From NCBI GenBank assembly GCA_937941455.1, contig CALDHM010000022.1, positions 76,335 to 140,334 on the forward strand: a DNA stretch of 64,000 bases, written 5' to 3'. A program made the translations under genes and the position numbers. The notes below the pieces were generated by a model, which did not search any database, had not been told where the DNA came from, and saw only the letters and a program-made list of their open reading frames with translations. The first letter of the stretch is position 1, and each line of letters starts with the position of its first letter. The DNA comes from an uncultured Pirellulaceae bacterium (GTDB lineage: Bacteria > Planctomycetota > Planctomycetia > Pirellulales > Pirellulaceae). This document shows positions 9,825 through 19,038 of this stretch, in pieces.

Positions 9825-11130
9825 ACCAATCCTGCGCCGTGAGTTTTTCACAACCTCCGCGGGCGTGTTGATGGCGATCCCTGGCCTCCGCGGCCTGCCG
9901 TGGATGCAGCCTGACGACAGTCGCGATCCGAGCACGAAGAAACGATTGATCATCATGTTTTCGCCGAATGGGATGGTCAGCAAGGGGTTCTGGCCCAAAA
10001 AGCGCGGCCCGGACTTTGATCTGACCGAGGTCCTGACACCGCTGGCCGAGTTCCGCGATCGCATGTTGATCGTCAAGGGAATTTGCAATCAGGTTCGTGG
10101 CGATGGCGATAACCATATGCGCGGCATGAGTTGCCTGCTGACGGGAAACGAATTGTTTCCCGGAAATATCCAAGGGGGAAGCGATACGCCGGCGGGCTGG
10201 GCCAAGGGGATTTCGATCGATCAGGAAATTAAAAACTACTTGCAATCGAAACCTGAAACGCGAACTCGGTTCGGCTCGCTCGAATTCGGCGTGCTCGTTC
10301 ATAATGAGGCCAACCCGTGGACCCGTATGGTCTATGCCGGGCCGAATCAACCGGTCGCTCCCATCAGCGATCCCTACCGGATGTTCGATAAGCTGCATGG
10401 CTCGACGAAAGATCGGGAAATGCTGCAATCGGTTCTCAATAACCTCCAGCGGGATCATCAGCAGCTGCCGGGCTCGCTGCAAGACCATCCCTTACTGGCG
10501 TCTCATCGGGTGAACTCGCAACAGATGCTACATGATCTCGAGTCGTCGGCTACCGCCGGGAGCTTACTCGTTCCGATCGAGCTACCGCGAAATGTTCCAC
10601 TCGTCAGCGAGATGATGCCAGATATCAGCCACATGCAGATGGATTTGTTAGTCAATAGTTTCGCGAACGATTTCGCTCGAATCGCCACTTTGCAATTCAC
10701 TCAATCGGTCGGCGATGTGCGGATGACGTGGTTGGAGGTCGACGAGGGGCATCATCATCTGTCACACGAGCCTGACAAGAATGAAGACGCGCAGAATAAA
10801 CTGCGGCGGATCAATCGGTGGTATGCCGAGCAGTTAGCGTACCTGGCTCGCCAGTTGGCAGCGACCAAGGAACCGGGAACCGATCGATCACTGTTGGATA
10901 ACACGTTGATCGTCTGGACGAACGAGCTGGGACACGGCAGCTCGCATACGCTGCAAAATCTGCCGATGGTAATGCTCGGGGGCGGTTTCGGCTTCGAGAT
11001 GGGGCGATACCTCAAGGTCGATCAAGTTTCGACGACGCGGTTGTGGCTGGCGATCGCGCACGCCATGGGACATCAAATCGATTCGTTCGGCCTCGCCGAG
11101 CTTTGCAAGGATGGTCCCGTTCTGCTGTAG
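9814..11130 (+). CDS. DUF1552 domain protein with Tat-like signal
   Basis: MLTRPILRREFFTTSAGVLMA is a twin-arginine-type leader. It has a HHHLSHE motif, overlaps the upstream gene by 11 nt, and is the typical partner of DUF1592-family proteins. Confidence 0.8.
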   Translation: MLTRPILRREFFTTSAGVLMAIPGLRGLPWMQPDDSRDPSTKKRLIIMFSPNGMVSKGFWPKKRGPDFDLTEVLTPLAEFRDRMLIVKGICNQVRGDGDNHMRGMSCLLTGNELFPGNIQGGSDTPAGWAKGISIDQEIKNYLQSKPETRTRFGSLEFGVLVHNEANPWTRMVYAGPNQPVAPISDPYRMFDKLHGSTKDREMLQSVLNNLQRDHQQLPGSLQDHPLLASHRVNSQQMLHDLESSATAGSLLVPIELPRNVPLVSEMMPDISHMQMDLLVNSFANDFARIATLQFTQSVGDVRMTWLEVDEGHHHLSHEPDKNEDAQNKLRRINRWYAEQLAYLARQLAATKEPGTDRSLLDNTLIVWTNELGHGSSHTLQNLPMVMLGGGFGFEMGRYLKVDQVSTTRLWLAIAHAMGHQIDSFGLAELCKDGPVLL

Positions 11131-11152
11131 GACGGAGTCGAGTTGCGGCATC

Positions 11153-11192
11153 AAAAAAACCTGCGTAGCGATTCAGCCACGCAGGTTTCTTT
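11153..11192. terminator. Bidirectional rho-independent terminator
   Basis: A7-C-CTGCGT / 12-nt loop / ACGCAG-G-TTTCTTT. It sits between the DUF1552 stop (11130, + strand) and the 3' end of tRNA-Pro (11196, - strand). Confidence 0.65.
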
Positions 11193-11195
11193 GCA

Positions 11196-11271
11196 TCGGG
11201 GCGACAGGATTCGAACCTGCGACCTCTACCACCCCAAGGTAGCGCGCTAATCCAGGCTGCGCTACGCCCCG
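11196..11271 (-). tRNA. tRNA-Pro (anticodon GGG)
   Basis: The reverse complement reads CGGGGCGTAGCGCAGCCTGGATTAGCGCGCTACCTTGGGGTGGTAGAGGTCGCAGGTTCGAATCCTGTCGCCCCGA. It has a 7-bp acceptor stem, anticodon stem CTACC/GGTAG with loop TTGGGGT (anticodon GGG), and a GGTTCGAATCC T-arm. No CCA is encoded. Confidence 0.9.
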
Positions 11272-11737
11272 AATTTTGGTGAGTCATGGTCGATCGCGGG
11301 GCAGCCATTGTGATTGGCTCGCTCCTGCCGGGAATGGTCACCGCGTTGCGGCGGACCCTCGTCTTTCGACCCGTGATCCGCCGTTCGCTGCCGACGAGAT
11401 CGATCCATGAATCTTAATTAGTCTACCAGAATTTCTCGCGCGGTGGGCAGGGGGGGATAACGAAACGTCGCATTCGCCGTTGGGTTGAAGCCATTACATG
11501 AATTGTTCTGAAGGGACACTTCGGCATGATGGGCCGGCCGACCTGCGAAGGCCTCGGGACGCGGTCGTCAAATCGGAAGGTTGTAAACATCGCAAGCTGC
11601 CGGGAAGAATCGGCCTTGTCATGACGAATTTGGCATGTCGAGGCAGCATGTGGAGCGGCCCGCATACGGATGCTCTCAACATGCGTTACAATCGGGGAGC
11701 GATTGTCACTAGCAGGACCTGTGAAGCCAAATTTCCG

Positions 11738-12703
11738 ATGAACTCCACCGAAAATTTCGCTGATCGACTACAGTCCGCAATCATCCAGCGCCGGACCCCG
11801 TTGATTGTAGGTATTGATCCGCGATTCGAAAATTTGCCCAAAACATTGCGGGATGCCCGCGATCAACGTGCGTCCGGTACCTTAACGACATTGGAGGCCA
11901 GTGCTTGGGCCTACGAAGAATTCTCACGCGGCATTGTTGACGTGGTGGCCTCCCTTGTTGCCGCGATCAAGCCGCAAATTGCATTTTTCGAGGCACTCGG
12001 GCCGGCAGGGTTGGCCGCGTTATCGCGCGTCATCGATTATGCTCAGCAAGCCGGATTGCTGGTTGTGATGGATGCCAAGCGAAACGATATCGGTACCACA
12101 GCGGCGGCCTATGCTGCGGCTTATCTCGGGCGGAAACCCAAAAGCGTTTGGGGCTGCGATGCACTCACGGTCAATCCATCGATGGGCTTCGACACATTGC
12201 AACCATTCGTCGAGCAAGCTCGGAATACCGGCAGTGGAATTTTCGTCCTAGTGAAAACGTCCAACCCTGGCAGCGGCGATCTCCAAGAGCTACGAGTAGG
12301 GGACGACTTCGTCTATCAACGAATCGCGGATCGTGTCGAGCGATTCGCGTGTGAGTCTTGTGGTAAGCTCAGTTATGGAGCCATCGGAGCCGTCGTTGGG
12401 GCGACGTATCCGGAGCAACTGGAGGAACTCAGGCAACGGATGAAGCACACTCTGTTTCTTGTGCCTGGATTCGGCGCTCAAGGGGGCACAGCGGCGGATG
12501 TCGCGGGAGCCTTCGACGAGCGGGGCCTAGGGGCGCTCATCAATAGCTCTCGCGGAATAATCTTCGCTTACGATCAACCGGCCTTTCGCGGCTCAAATCC
12601 GCGGGACTGGCAACGCAGCGTCGAGTTAGCCACCTCGGATGCGATCGAACGACTCGCCACCGACACGCGAGCTGGGAATTTGCGGGACAGCCGGCCCTAT
12701 TGA
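11738..12703 (+). CDS. pyrF: Orotidine-5'-phosphate decarboxylase, type 2
   Basis: PLIVGIDPR..., VVMDAKRNDIGTTAAAY (catalytic DxKxxD region), LFLVPGFGAQGG. ATG at 11738; the 80-codon upstream extension in the ORF track is unlikely to be real. Confidence 0.85.
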   Translation: MNSTENFADRLQSAIIQRRTPLIVGIDPRFENLPKTLRDARDQRASGTLTTLEASAWAYEEFSRGIVDVVASLVAAIKPQIAFFEALGPAGLAALSRVIDYAQQAGLLVVMDAKRNDIGTTAAAYAAAYLGRKPKSVWGCDALTVNPSMGFDTLQPFVEQARNTGSGIFVLVKTSNPGSGDLQELRVGDDFVYQRIADRVERFACESCGKLSYGAIGAVVGATYPEQLEELRQRMKHTLFLVPGFGAQGGTAADVAGAFDERGLGALINSSRGIIFAYDQPAFRGSNPRDWQRSVELATSDAIERLATDTRAGNLRDSRPY

Positions 12704-14172
12704 TCGGCCCCGAAGACTTGTCGCTCAAGGACCTCCATGAGCCGCGAGACGCCCACATTCAAATCGACGACGCGACCCTGCCTGTCCAAAATCAACATGT
12801 AAGGGGCAGCCGTGATCGGACAATTCTTGAAAAAATCGCTGGAGGCATCGACATCGACAAACAGCGATATGCCAGGGACTCCCCCTTTAATGTTTTGCAT
12901 GTCATGTGGTAATGGTTGCGACAGGATCACCACATGGCAATGAAAGCCGAATTTCTCCATCGTGCTGAGGCGTTCACGATAAGGTTTCAGCAGGTTGATT
13001 TCCTCGAAACTTTCCAAAAATACGATCAAGGTCGTGCGCCCGATGGCATCACTTGTGGAGTGCCGCACCCCCTTTGCGTCGGTAGCCTCGTAACGGAAGA
13101 CATTACCCAGCAGGGCCAAACGCTTTAGCCCATATTCCGCCTTTGTTTTCAGCTCGTCGCTGCGCGGTACCGAGTTCGCCGCCAAATGCTCGAGAACTTT
13201 CTGAAAAATGGTTCGCGCACCGGCCAACCACTGGTTCATCTCGAACTGCTCGCCAGTCGTCAACAAACGATCGATTCCGGTAACGCCGAGATTCATTGAC
13301 AGATACTTGGGCAGCGCGTCGATAATTGCCTCGCCAGCCGGCTCGTCCTGGCCCGGAACCAGCAAGAAATGCTTGTAAAATCCACTTTCGATCAACGCCG
13401 CTTCATCTTGCATCGAATTGACGAATGTCTTGATTTCTGTATTGGTCGTTTCGCGCCAAGCCTCGACAATTTTGCGCAGTATTTTGGCATTGTCTGGCGC
13501 CTTGTCGGGTTTCAATTTATAGAACTGGCAGATCGGAGCGATTTCTTGAATGAACTCCCAGTCATTCAAAAACTTTTGAGCCATAGCATCAATGACTCGA
13601 TTCATTTCCTCGAAGAACTCCGGCGTCGCCGGTTTGATGCCCAGCTCCAACATCGGACGTTGGAACCGCAGGCGATAGGCGGCTCGGCGGACCTTGGGAT
13701 TTTCGTCCTCTTCGAACTTCTTCAGCAATCCTTCGAGCTGGTCATCATCGACAATGGGTAACTGCAAGTTCCTAGCTTCATTCATCGCGACCAAGCCACC
13801 GTAGGCGTTCACGAATCCGATTTTGGCGAATTCTAAATCCCGTTGGTCGTTGGTCGACACGAGAATCGTTTGAAAAATCTCGATTTGACGTTGCAATCGC
13901 TCGATGCGGATCGTCGTCTTCTGCTGATCTAGTTTCTTATTCAGCTCGAAAACCTCTTGTTTGAGTCGATTGACTTCGCTCGGCGGCACTCGTTTGATCT
14001 TGGAATTTCCCGTGTCATACTGCGAACTTGCCGACCAGCTGTCCTTTTGCCAAATAGCCACACCCAAAATCAAAAACGCGAGAGTCACTCCAAACCCAAG
14101 CCAAAATTTCCACGTGCTTTTGGCAGCTGCTTGCTCGGGAGTGGGTTTCGAAGAGCGTCGATGAAGGGCCAT
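12697..14172 (-). CDS. Hypothetical single-pass membrane protein: helical/coiled-coil region plus C-terminal Cys-less thioredoxin-fold-like domain
   Basis: N-terminal TM helix (WKFWLGFGVTLAFLILGVAIW), then a coiled-coil-like stretch (NRLKQEVFELNKKLDQQKTTIRIERLQRQIE). The C-terminus (TLIVFLESF...APYMLILDRQGRVVD) resembles a redoxin fold but has no CxxC. Confidence 0.55.
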   Translation of the reverse strand: MALHRRSSKPTPEQAAAKSTWKFWLGFGVTLAFLILGVAIWQKDSWSASSQYDTGNSKIKRVPPSEVNRLKQEVFELNKKLDQQKTTIRIERLQRQIEIFQTILVSTNDQRDLEFAKIGFVNAYGGLVAMNEARNLQLPIVDDDQLEGLLKKFEEDENPKVRRAAYRLRFQRPMLELGIKPATPEFFEEMNRVIDAMAQKFLNDWEFIQEIAPICQFYKLKPDKAPDNAKILRKIVEAWRETTNTEIKTFVNSMQDEAALIESGFYKHFLLVPGQDEPAGEAIIDALPKYLSMNLGVTGIDRLLTTGEQFEMNQWLAGARTIFQKVLEHLAANSVPRSDELKTKAEYGLKRLALLGNVFRYEATDAKGVRHSTSDAIGRTTLIVFLESFEEINLLKPYRERLSTMEKFGFHCHVVILSQPLPHDMQNIKGGVPGISLFVDVDASSDFFKNCPITAAPYMLILDRQGRVVDLNVGVSRLMEVLERQVFGADQ

Positions 14173-14310
14173 GAGGAAATTGCGAAATCAAAATAGGGAG
14201 AATAGGTTCGTCTCAAAATCGGCGGGAAATCGATAATTCCAAGTCAGCCTCTCGCCTAGGCGACCTAAAAAGCTAGAAATCTGGAGTTACAGAACGCTTT
14301 CAACCCAGCG

Positions 14311-15348
14311 TCAACCGCACGTGCATCTAGCTCCAAGCATCCATTCTAATGCAGTTCCCCCTAATAAACGAGACCGATCTGCGTCGGTCAATTCTGTCAA
14401 GCTACGAATCAAGCGACCGGGTAACAATTCCCCCAAAGGAAAAGGATAGTCCGACCCCAGGGCCAAACGCTCAACACCAAACATACGAATCAACATGCGA
14501 AGTACCTCGGGGTCGTGGACCAAGGTATCGAGATAAATCTGCGAACGATATTTTTCGGGGGGGTGCGGGTTATCAACCGCACAGAGATCTGGCCGGACTT
14601 CCCAACCATGCTGGATGCGCCCCAAGGTCGCCGGAAATGCTCCTCCGCCATGAGCAAAAGCAATACGCAAATTCGGCAAGCGCTCGAGCACCCCCGAAAA
14701 AATCAGCGAGCAGATCGCCAGCGACGATTCGGCGGGCATTCCTACCAGCCAGGGCATCCAGTATTTTTTCAATCGCTCGCCACCGATCATGTCCCATGGA
14801 TGCACGAACAAGCAAGCGCCCAGTTCCTCCACCGCCGCGAAAAACGAGAAAAACTCAGGGCGGTCCAGATTCATACCGTTGACATTCGTACCGATCTGCA
14901 CGCCGGGCATCCCCAATTCGCGGACGCAGCGTTCGAGTTCCTTGATCGCGAGATCGGGATGCTGCATCGGCACCGTGCCTAACCCGACGAAACGTGACGG
15001 GTGATCGCAGCAGATTCCGGCAATATGATCGTTGAGAATGCGGGACAGATCCCAGCCATGCTCTGGCTTGGCCCAATAGCTGAACATCACGGGAACGGTC
15101 GACAAGACTTGCACATCGACGCCGAATTGTTCGCACTCCTCGATACGGCGAGCAGCAGACCAGCAGTTTTCCGTAACGCGGCGAAACGATTTGCCATCGA
15201 TCACCATGTCCGCACAGCCTGGTTGATCGTGAACCAGCTGCACGAAACCACCATACCCGTAGCGTTCTGCCAGATCCGGCCAAGACTCCGGCAGGATATG
15301 CGTATGAATGTCAATGACCGCATTCGGGGGAAATAGCCGAGCGTCCAT
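14311..15348 (-). CDS. 2-amino-3-carboxymuconate-6-semialdehyde decarboxylase (ACMSD, amidohydrolase superfamily)
   Basis: The blocks [63 protein letters not shown] and DYPFPLGE match those I recall from animal ACMSD / bacterial NbaD. ATG at 15348. Confidence 0.85.
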   Translation of the reverse strand: MDARLFPPNAVIDIHTHILPESWPDLAERYGYGGFVQLVHDQPGCADMVIDGKSFRRVTENCWSAARRIEECEQFGVDVQVLSTVPVMFSYWAKPEHGWDLSRILNDHIAGICCDHPSRFVGLGTVPMQHPDLAIKELERCVRELGMPGVQIGTNVNGMNLDRPEFFSFFAAVEELGACLFVHPWDMIGGERLKKYWMPWLVGMPAESSLAICSLIFSGVLERLPNLRIAFAHGGGAFPATLGRIQHGWEVRPDLCAVDNPHPPEKYRSQIYLDTLVHDPEVLRMLIRMFGVERLALGSDYPFPLGELLPGRLIRSLTELTDADRSRLLGGTALEWMLGARCTCG

Positions 15349-15361
15349 CAGCGTTAGCCCC

Positions 15362-15790
15362 TCAGTCAATGGTCGCGATACACTTGAGCTCGATCGCGAT
15401 CGGGGTCGGCAAGGCATTCACCTCGACCGTCGTGCGGCAGGGCCGCGAATCGCGAAAATACTCGGCGTAGAGTGCGTTGTAGGTAGCGAAATCCCGTTTC
15501 ATGTTGGTGAGGAACACGGTCACGTCGACGATTCGATCCCAGGACGAGCCTGCCTCCTCCACGATGGTGCGTACGTTTTCGAATACGCTATGACATTGCG
15601 CCGCGATGTCATAGTCGACGACCTCGCCGGCTTCGTTCAGCGTAACCCCAGGAATGTCTCGCGAACCACGTTTACGCGGGCCTACTCCCGACATGAACAA
15701 CAGGTTGCCGACCCGCCGCGCATGGGGATAGGCTCCGACCGGTTCAGGAGCAAGTTTGGATTCGATGCTTTGGGAATGTTCTTGGCTCAT
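15362..15790 (-). CDS. RidA/YjgF family deaminase (candidate 2-aminomuconate deaminase)
   Basis: [22 protein letters not shown]... and a C-terminal RTTVEV region are typical of the RidA family. It lies between the ALDH and ACMSD genes, as AmnD/NbaF-type deaminases do. Confidence 0.75.
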   Translation of the reverse strand: MSQEHSQSIESKLAPEPVGAYPHARRVGNLLFMSGVGPRKRGSRDIPGVTLNEAGEVVDYDIAAQCHSVFENVRTIVEEAGSSWDRIVDVTVFLTNMKRDFATYNALYAEYFRDSRPCRTTVEVNALPTPIAIELKCIATID

Positions 15791-15816
15791 ACGTCCCACG
15801 ATGATCCGTTGCTGGA

Positions 15817-17277
15817 TTAACGACAAAAGCAGACATTTTTCTTCTGTGTCCAAAATTCGAGCGCGTCGATCCCGCCTTCGCGGCCAACTCCCGATTCTTT
15901 GACGCCGCCGAAGGGCGTACGCAAGTCTCGAATCAGCCAGCCGTTGACCCACACGACGCCGGCTTCGATATTCTCAGCAACCCGCAATGCTCGATTGAGG
16001 TTAGCCGTCCACACCGTGGCGCTCAATCCGTACGGAACTGCGTTAGCCAGTTCGATGGCGTGGTCGGCATCGCGGAACGGCTGGACGGTGACCACAGGTC
16101 CAAAAATTTCTCGCTGATTGGTGCAACAACTCTGGTCTAGATTGTCGATCACTGTGGGAGCGACAAACCACCCGCGTTCGCAGCGGCCAGGGACGGAAAC
16201 GGCATGCCCGCCGGCCAGGATTCGCCCCCCCTCGGCCGCTGCCGTGTCGATGGCGCTCAGGATTTTTTGTTGATGGGCTTGGCTTACGACTGCTCCCAGG
16301 TCGTTGGCTTCGTCAAGCGGATCGCCAACCTTGGCTTTATGAACCATCATCAGGAATGCTGCCATAAACCGGTCGTAAATCGAGGATTCGACCAGAATAC
16401 GTGAGCCGCACAAACAGATTTGCCCTTGGTTCTGAAAGGAACTGCGAAAGGTCGTGGCCAGCATTTTGTCAAAGTCACAATCGGCAAAAATCAGATTGGG
16501 ATTTTTACCGCCGAGTTCCAACGACAGCTTCTTGAATCTCGGCGCGGCACTCGCTGCGATCTTCGCTCCCGTTGCTGTTCCTCCGGTAAACGAAATCGCG
16601 CGAATTCCAGGGTGCTCGACAAGGGCCTGTCCGGTGACCTGACCACTGCCTTGGACAATGTTGAGTACCCCGTGCGGCAAACCCACCTCGATGCAAATTT
16701 CACCGAGCATCGCGGCCGTCAGCGGGGTGAGCTCGGAAGGCTTGGCGACGACGCAATTTCCTGCCGCCAGCGCCGGCGCCACCTTCCAAGTAAAAAGGTA
16801 GAGCGGCAAGTTCCATGGCGAGATCGTGCCGCCGACCCCAAAAGGCTGCGCGAGCGTCACATTCAGCCCGACTGGCGAGTCATGGGCGGCGGTCGACATC
16901 CCGTGGATCAGGCCGGCGAAAAAGCCAAAATTCTGGGCCGCTCGCGGGATTTCCAGATCGCGAGCGAGCTTGAGCGGCTTGCCACTGTCCCGGCATTCAG
17001 CCCGCGCCAATTCGTCGGCTCGCGAGCGAATTCCCTCGGCAATGCGTAGCAAGTGATTGGCACGTTGCTCGACGGACAGGCGCGACCAATCGCGACTGGC
17101 GCGAGTCGCCGCCGCCACGGCACGATCGACATCGCTAGCGGGACTGTTGGCCACTTGCGAGTAAACTTCGCCGACAGCCGGATCGTAATTATCCAACCAC
17201 TGGCCGGTTGCCGGGTCGATGAATTCGCCGTCAACAAACGAGCGTATCTTTAATGTGTCGTCAGCCCCTAAAGACAT
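15817..17277 (-). CDS. NAD-dependent aldehyde dehydrogenase (candidate 2-aminomuconate-6-semialdehyde dehydrogenase)
   Basis: ALDH motifs are present: FTGGTATGAKI, LELGGKNP, catalytic Cys region GQICLCGSR, PFGGVKESGVGREGG. The operon context with ACMSD and RidA supports the specific assignment. Confidence 0.8.
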   Translation of the reverse strand: MSLGADDTLKIRSFVDGEFIDPATGQWLDNYDPAVGEVYSQVANSPASDVDRAVAAATRASRDWSRLSVEQRANHLLRIAEGIRSRADELARAECRDSGKPLKLARDLEIPRAAQNFGFFAGLIHGMSTAAHDSPVGLNVTLAQPFGVGGTISPWNLPLYLFTWKVAPALAAGNCVVAKPSELTPLTAAMLGEICIEVGLPHGVLNIVQGSGQVTGQALVEHPGIRAISFTGGTATGAKIAASAAPRFKKLSLELGGKNPNLIFADCDFDKMLATTFRSSFQNQGQICLCGSRILVESSIYDRFMAAFLMMVHKAKVGDPLDEANDLGAVVSQAHQQKILSAIDTAAAEGGRILAGGHAVSVPGRCERGWFVAPTVIDNLDQSCCTNQREIFGPVVTVQPFRDADHAIELANAVPYGLSATVWTANLNRALRVAENIEAGVVWVNGWLIRDLRTPFGGVKESGVGREGGIDALEFWTQKKNVCFCR

Positions 17278-18056
17278 TGCGTCCGCCCCCCATCAACAGG
17301 CAAATTGATTCCAGTGATGTAAGCGGCGGCGGGGCTCGCCAAAAAAGCGATCGCGGCACCGATTTCTTGCGGTTCTCCAAAACGCGCCGCCGGAATCGAC
17401 TTCAGCATGCCCGCAGCTACTTCAGCCTCGTCGCAATTCCTCGCGCGGGCCGCATCGGCGATAATGGCTTCCAGCCGCCCCGTTTTGGTCGCACCGGGGA
17501 GAATATTGTTGACGGTGATGCCCGCTGGAGCCAGTTCCGTCGCCAGGGTCTTGCTCCAATTGGCGACGGCGCCACGAATCGTATTCGAAACCCCCAGCCC
17601 GACGATGGGTTGTTTGACACTGGTAGAAATCACATTGATGATGCGGCCGAAGCCAGAGGATTTCATCGCTGGGGTCGTAAGTTGCACTAACGTTTGATTC
17701 ACCAGCAAGTGATGCCGGAACGCCGACAGATACTGATCGAGCGTCGCGTCAATGGCAGGGCCAGGAGGTGGGCCGCCCGTATTGTTCACCAGAATTTGAA
17801 ACCCGCCGGACTGCATCACCGCCTGTTGGACAACCTCGCGTACTTCGTCCAGATTTCCGAAGTCGGCAACCAGAAAGGAATGCTCCTGATTCCTTGGACG
17901 CGGCAACGATTCCCGGGCCGACGTCAAGCGCTGCGTGTCACGCGCAAACAAAGTGACAGTAGCACCGAGTTGGGCTAATTCCATGGCGGCAGCCAGTCCA
18001 ATCCCTTGGGAGCTACCGCAGACCAGGGCGCGGCGGCCTGTTAAATCCAAATTCAT
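17268..18056 (-). CDS. SDR-family oxidoreductase, substrate unknown
   Basis: Rossmann motif GRRALVCGSSQGIGLAAA. An NNTGG stretch occupies the place of the classical NNAG motif. It overlaps the ALDH start by 10 nt and is the first gene of the minus-strand kynurenine-branch operon. Confidence 0.85.
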   Translation of the reverse strand: MNLDLTGRRALVCGSSQGIGLAAAMELAQLGATVTLFARDTQRLTSARESLPRPRNQEHSFLVADFGNLDEVREVVQQAVMQSGGFQILVNNTGGPPPGPAIDATLDQYLSAFRHHLLVNQTLVQLTTPAMKSSGFGRIINVISTSVKQPIVGLGVSNTIRGAVANWSKTLATELAPAGITVNNILPGATKTGRLEAIIADAARARNCDEAEVAAGMLKSIPAARFGEPQEIGAAIAFLASPAAAYITGINLPVDGGRTQCL

Positions 18057-18150
18057 GTCACTCCCCCAAACCTTCTGAAGTTGTTAATTTACTCTGTAGC
18101 CGAATTCCGTGGCAGTAGTCCAGTCAACGACCCGACAGCCAAGTTCAACC

Positions 18151-19038
18151 ATGCCCAGCGAGCCGCCAACAGACCGCCTTTTCGTTTCACGGGGGGATCG
18201 TCTGTGGGAGTTGGATCTTCGTCATGGGGTCCCGCTGGCGATTTCGCAAACCTTCGCCGCCGACCAACCGAACCATTTTTCTGCGGCGTACGCGAGGAAG
18301 GAGCCAGTCCGCGTCGGCAATTACATCGGTGACATGCGGCAAGGAGGGAGCTGCAATTTCGATGAAGTCTACGTTGTGCCGCATTGCAACGGGACGCACA
18401 CCGAAACGGTCGGACATATTTCGTTGTGCGGCGCAACCATCGGACGACTGCGGCATGGCCTGCAGGGGTGGGCTGCAGTAATCAGTGTCAGCGCTGAACC
18501 TGGACGGGCGATACAGGAACATTACCTTCCGGACCTGCACCCCGACGACTTGGTGATTTCATCCGCAGCTTGCCGCGCTGCATTTGGAACTGTTATCGAG
18601 CGAGCTGCCGCCGATCCATCCTCGATCTCGATGCTCGTTATTCGCACGTTGCCCAATTTGCCTGAAAAAAAGTCGCGGCGGTACGCCTTGTCGGATTGCA
18701 TCCCTTTCTTCACGGTTGAAGCAATGGAGTGGTTGACTCGTATCGGGATCGAGCACCTCTTGGTTGATTTGCCGTCGGTCGATCGGTTCCTGGACAATGG
18801 ACGGATGGAAAACCATTGTCGGTTTTGGGGCGTCGATCCAACGACCCGGCAGGTGACGGAACAACACCGCGCGGCTAAGACGATTACCGAAATGATTTTC
18901 GTTCCCGATGAGGTCGACGATGGAATATTTTGGCTCGATCTTCAAGTTCCCGCTTGGGAAATCGATGCAGCCCCCTCGCGACCTGTCGTGTATCCTGTGC
19001 GCGAGTGTTTCGATTTGACGTGGAAAGTAAACTCATGA
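18151..19038 (+). CDS. Cyclase-family metal hydrolase (candidate kynurenine formamidase)
   Basis: HCNGTHTETVGH resembles the HxGTHxDxPxH motif of the cyclase/KynB family, and VDLPSVD...NH follows later. Its stop overlaps the kynureninase ATG (ATGA at 19035-19038). It is longer than a typical KynB. Confidence 0.6.
   Translation: MPSEPPTDRLFVSRGDRLWELDLRHGVPLAISQTFAADQPNHFSAAYARKEPVRVGNYIGDMRQGGSCNFDEVYVVPHCNGTHTETVGHISLCGATIGRLRHGLQGWAAVISVSAEPGRAIQEHYLPDLHPDDLVISSAACRAAFGTVIERAAADPSSISMLVIRTLPNLPEKKSRRYALSDCIPFFTVEAMEWLTRIGIEHLLVDLPSVDRFLDNGRMENHCRFWGVDPTTRQVTEQHRAAKTITEMIFVPDEVDDGIFWLDLQVPAWEIDAAPSRPVVYPVRECFDLTWKVNS

Noticed and set aside
11012-11341. A 109-aa minus-strand ORF spans the tRNA-Pro locus.
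   Set aside because: It reads straight through the tRNA gene and the terminator, so it is spurious.
14349-17049. Long ORFs run antisense to the ACMSD and ALDH genes (for example 14349..14882, 14515..14982, 16420..17049). Similar cases lie opposite pyrG (51025..51744, 52087..52842) and rimO (60613..61227, 61615..62265).
   Set aside because: Their products are Arg/Pro/Ser-rich low-complexity sequences with no motifs. They lie opposite genes with strong, recognisable protein signatures, so they are typical shadow ORFs of a GC-biased genome.
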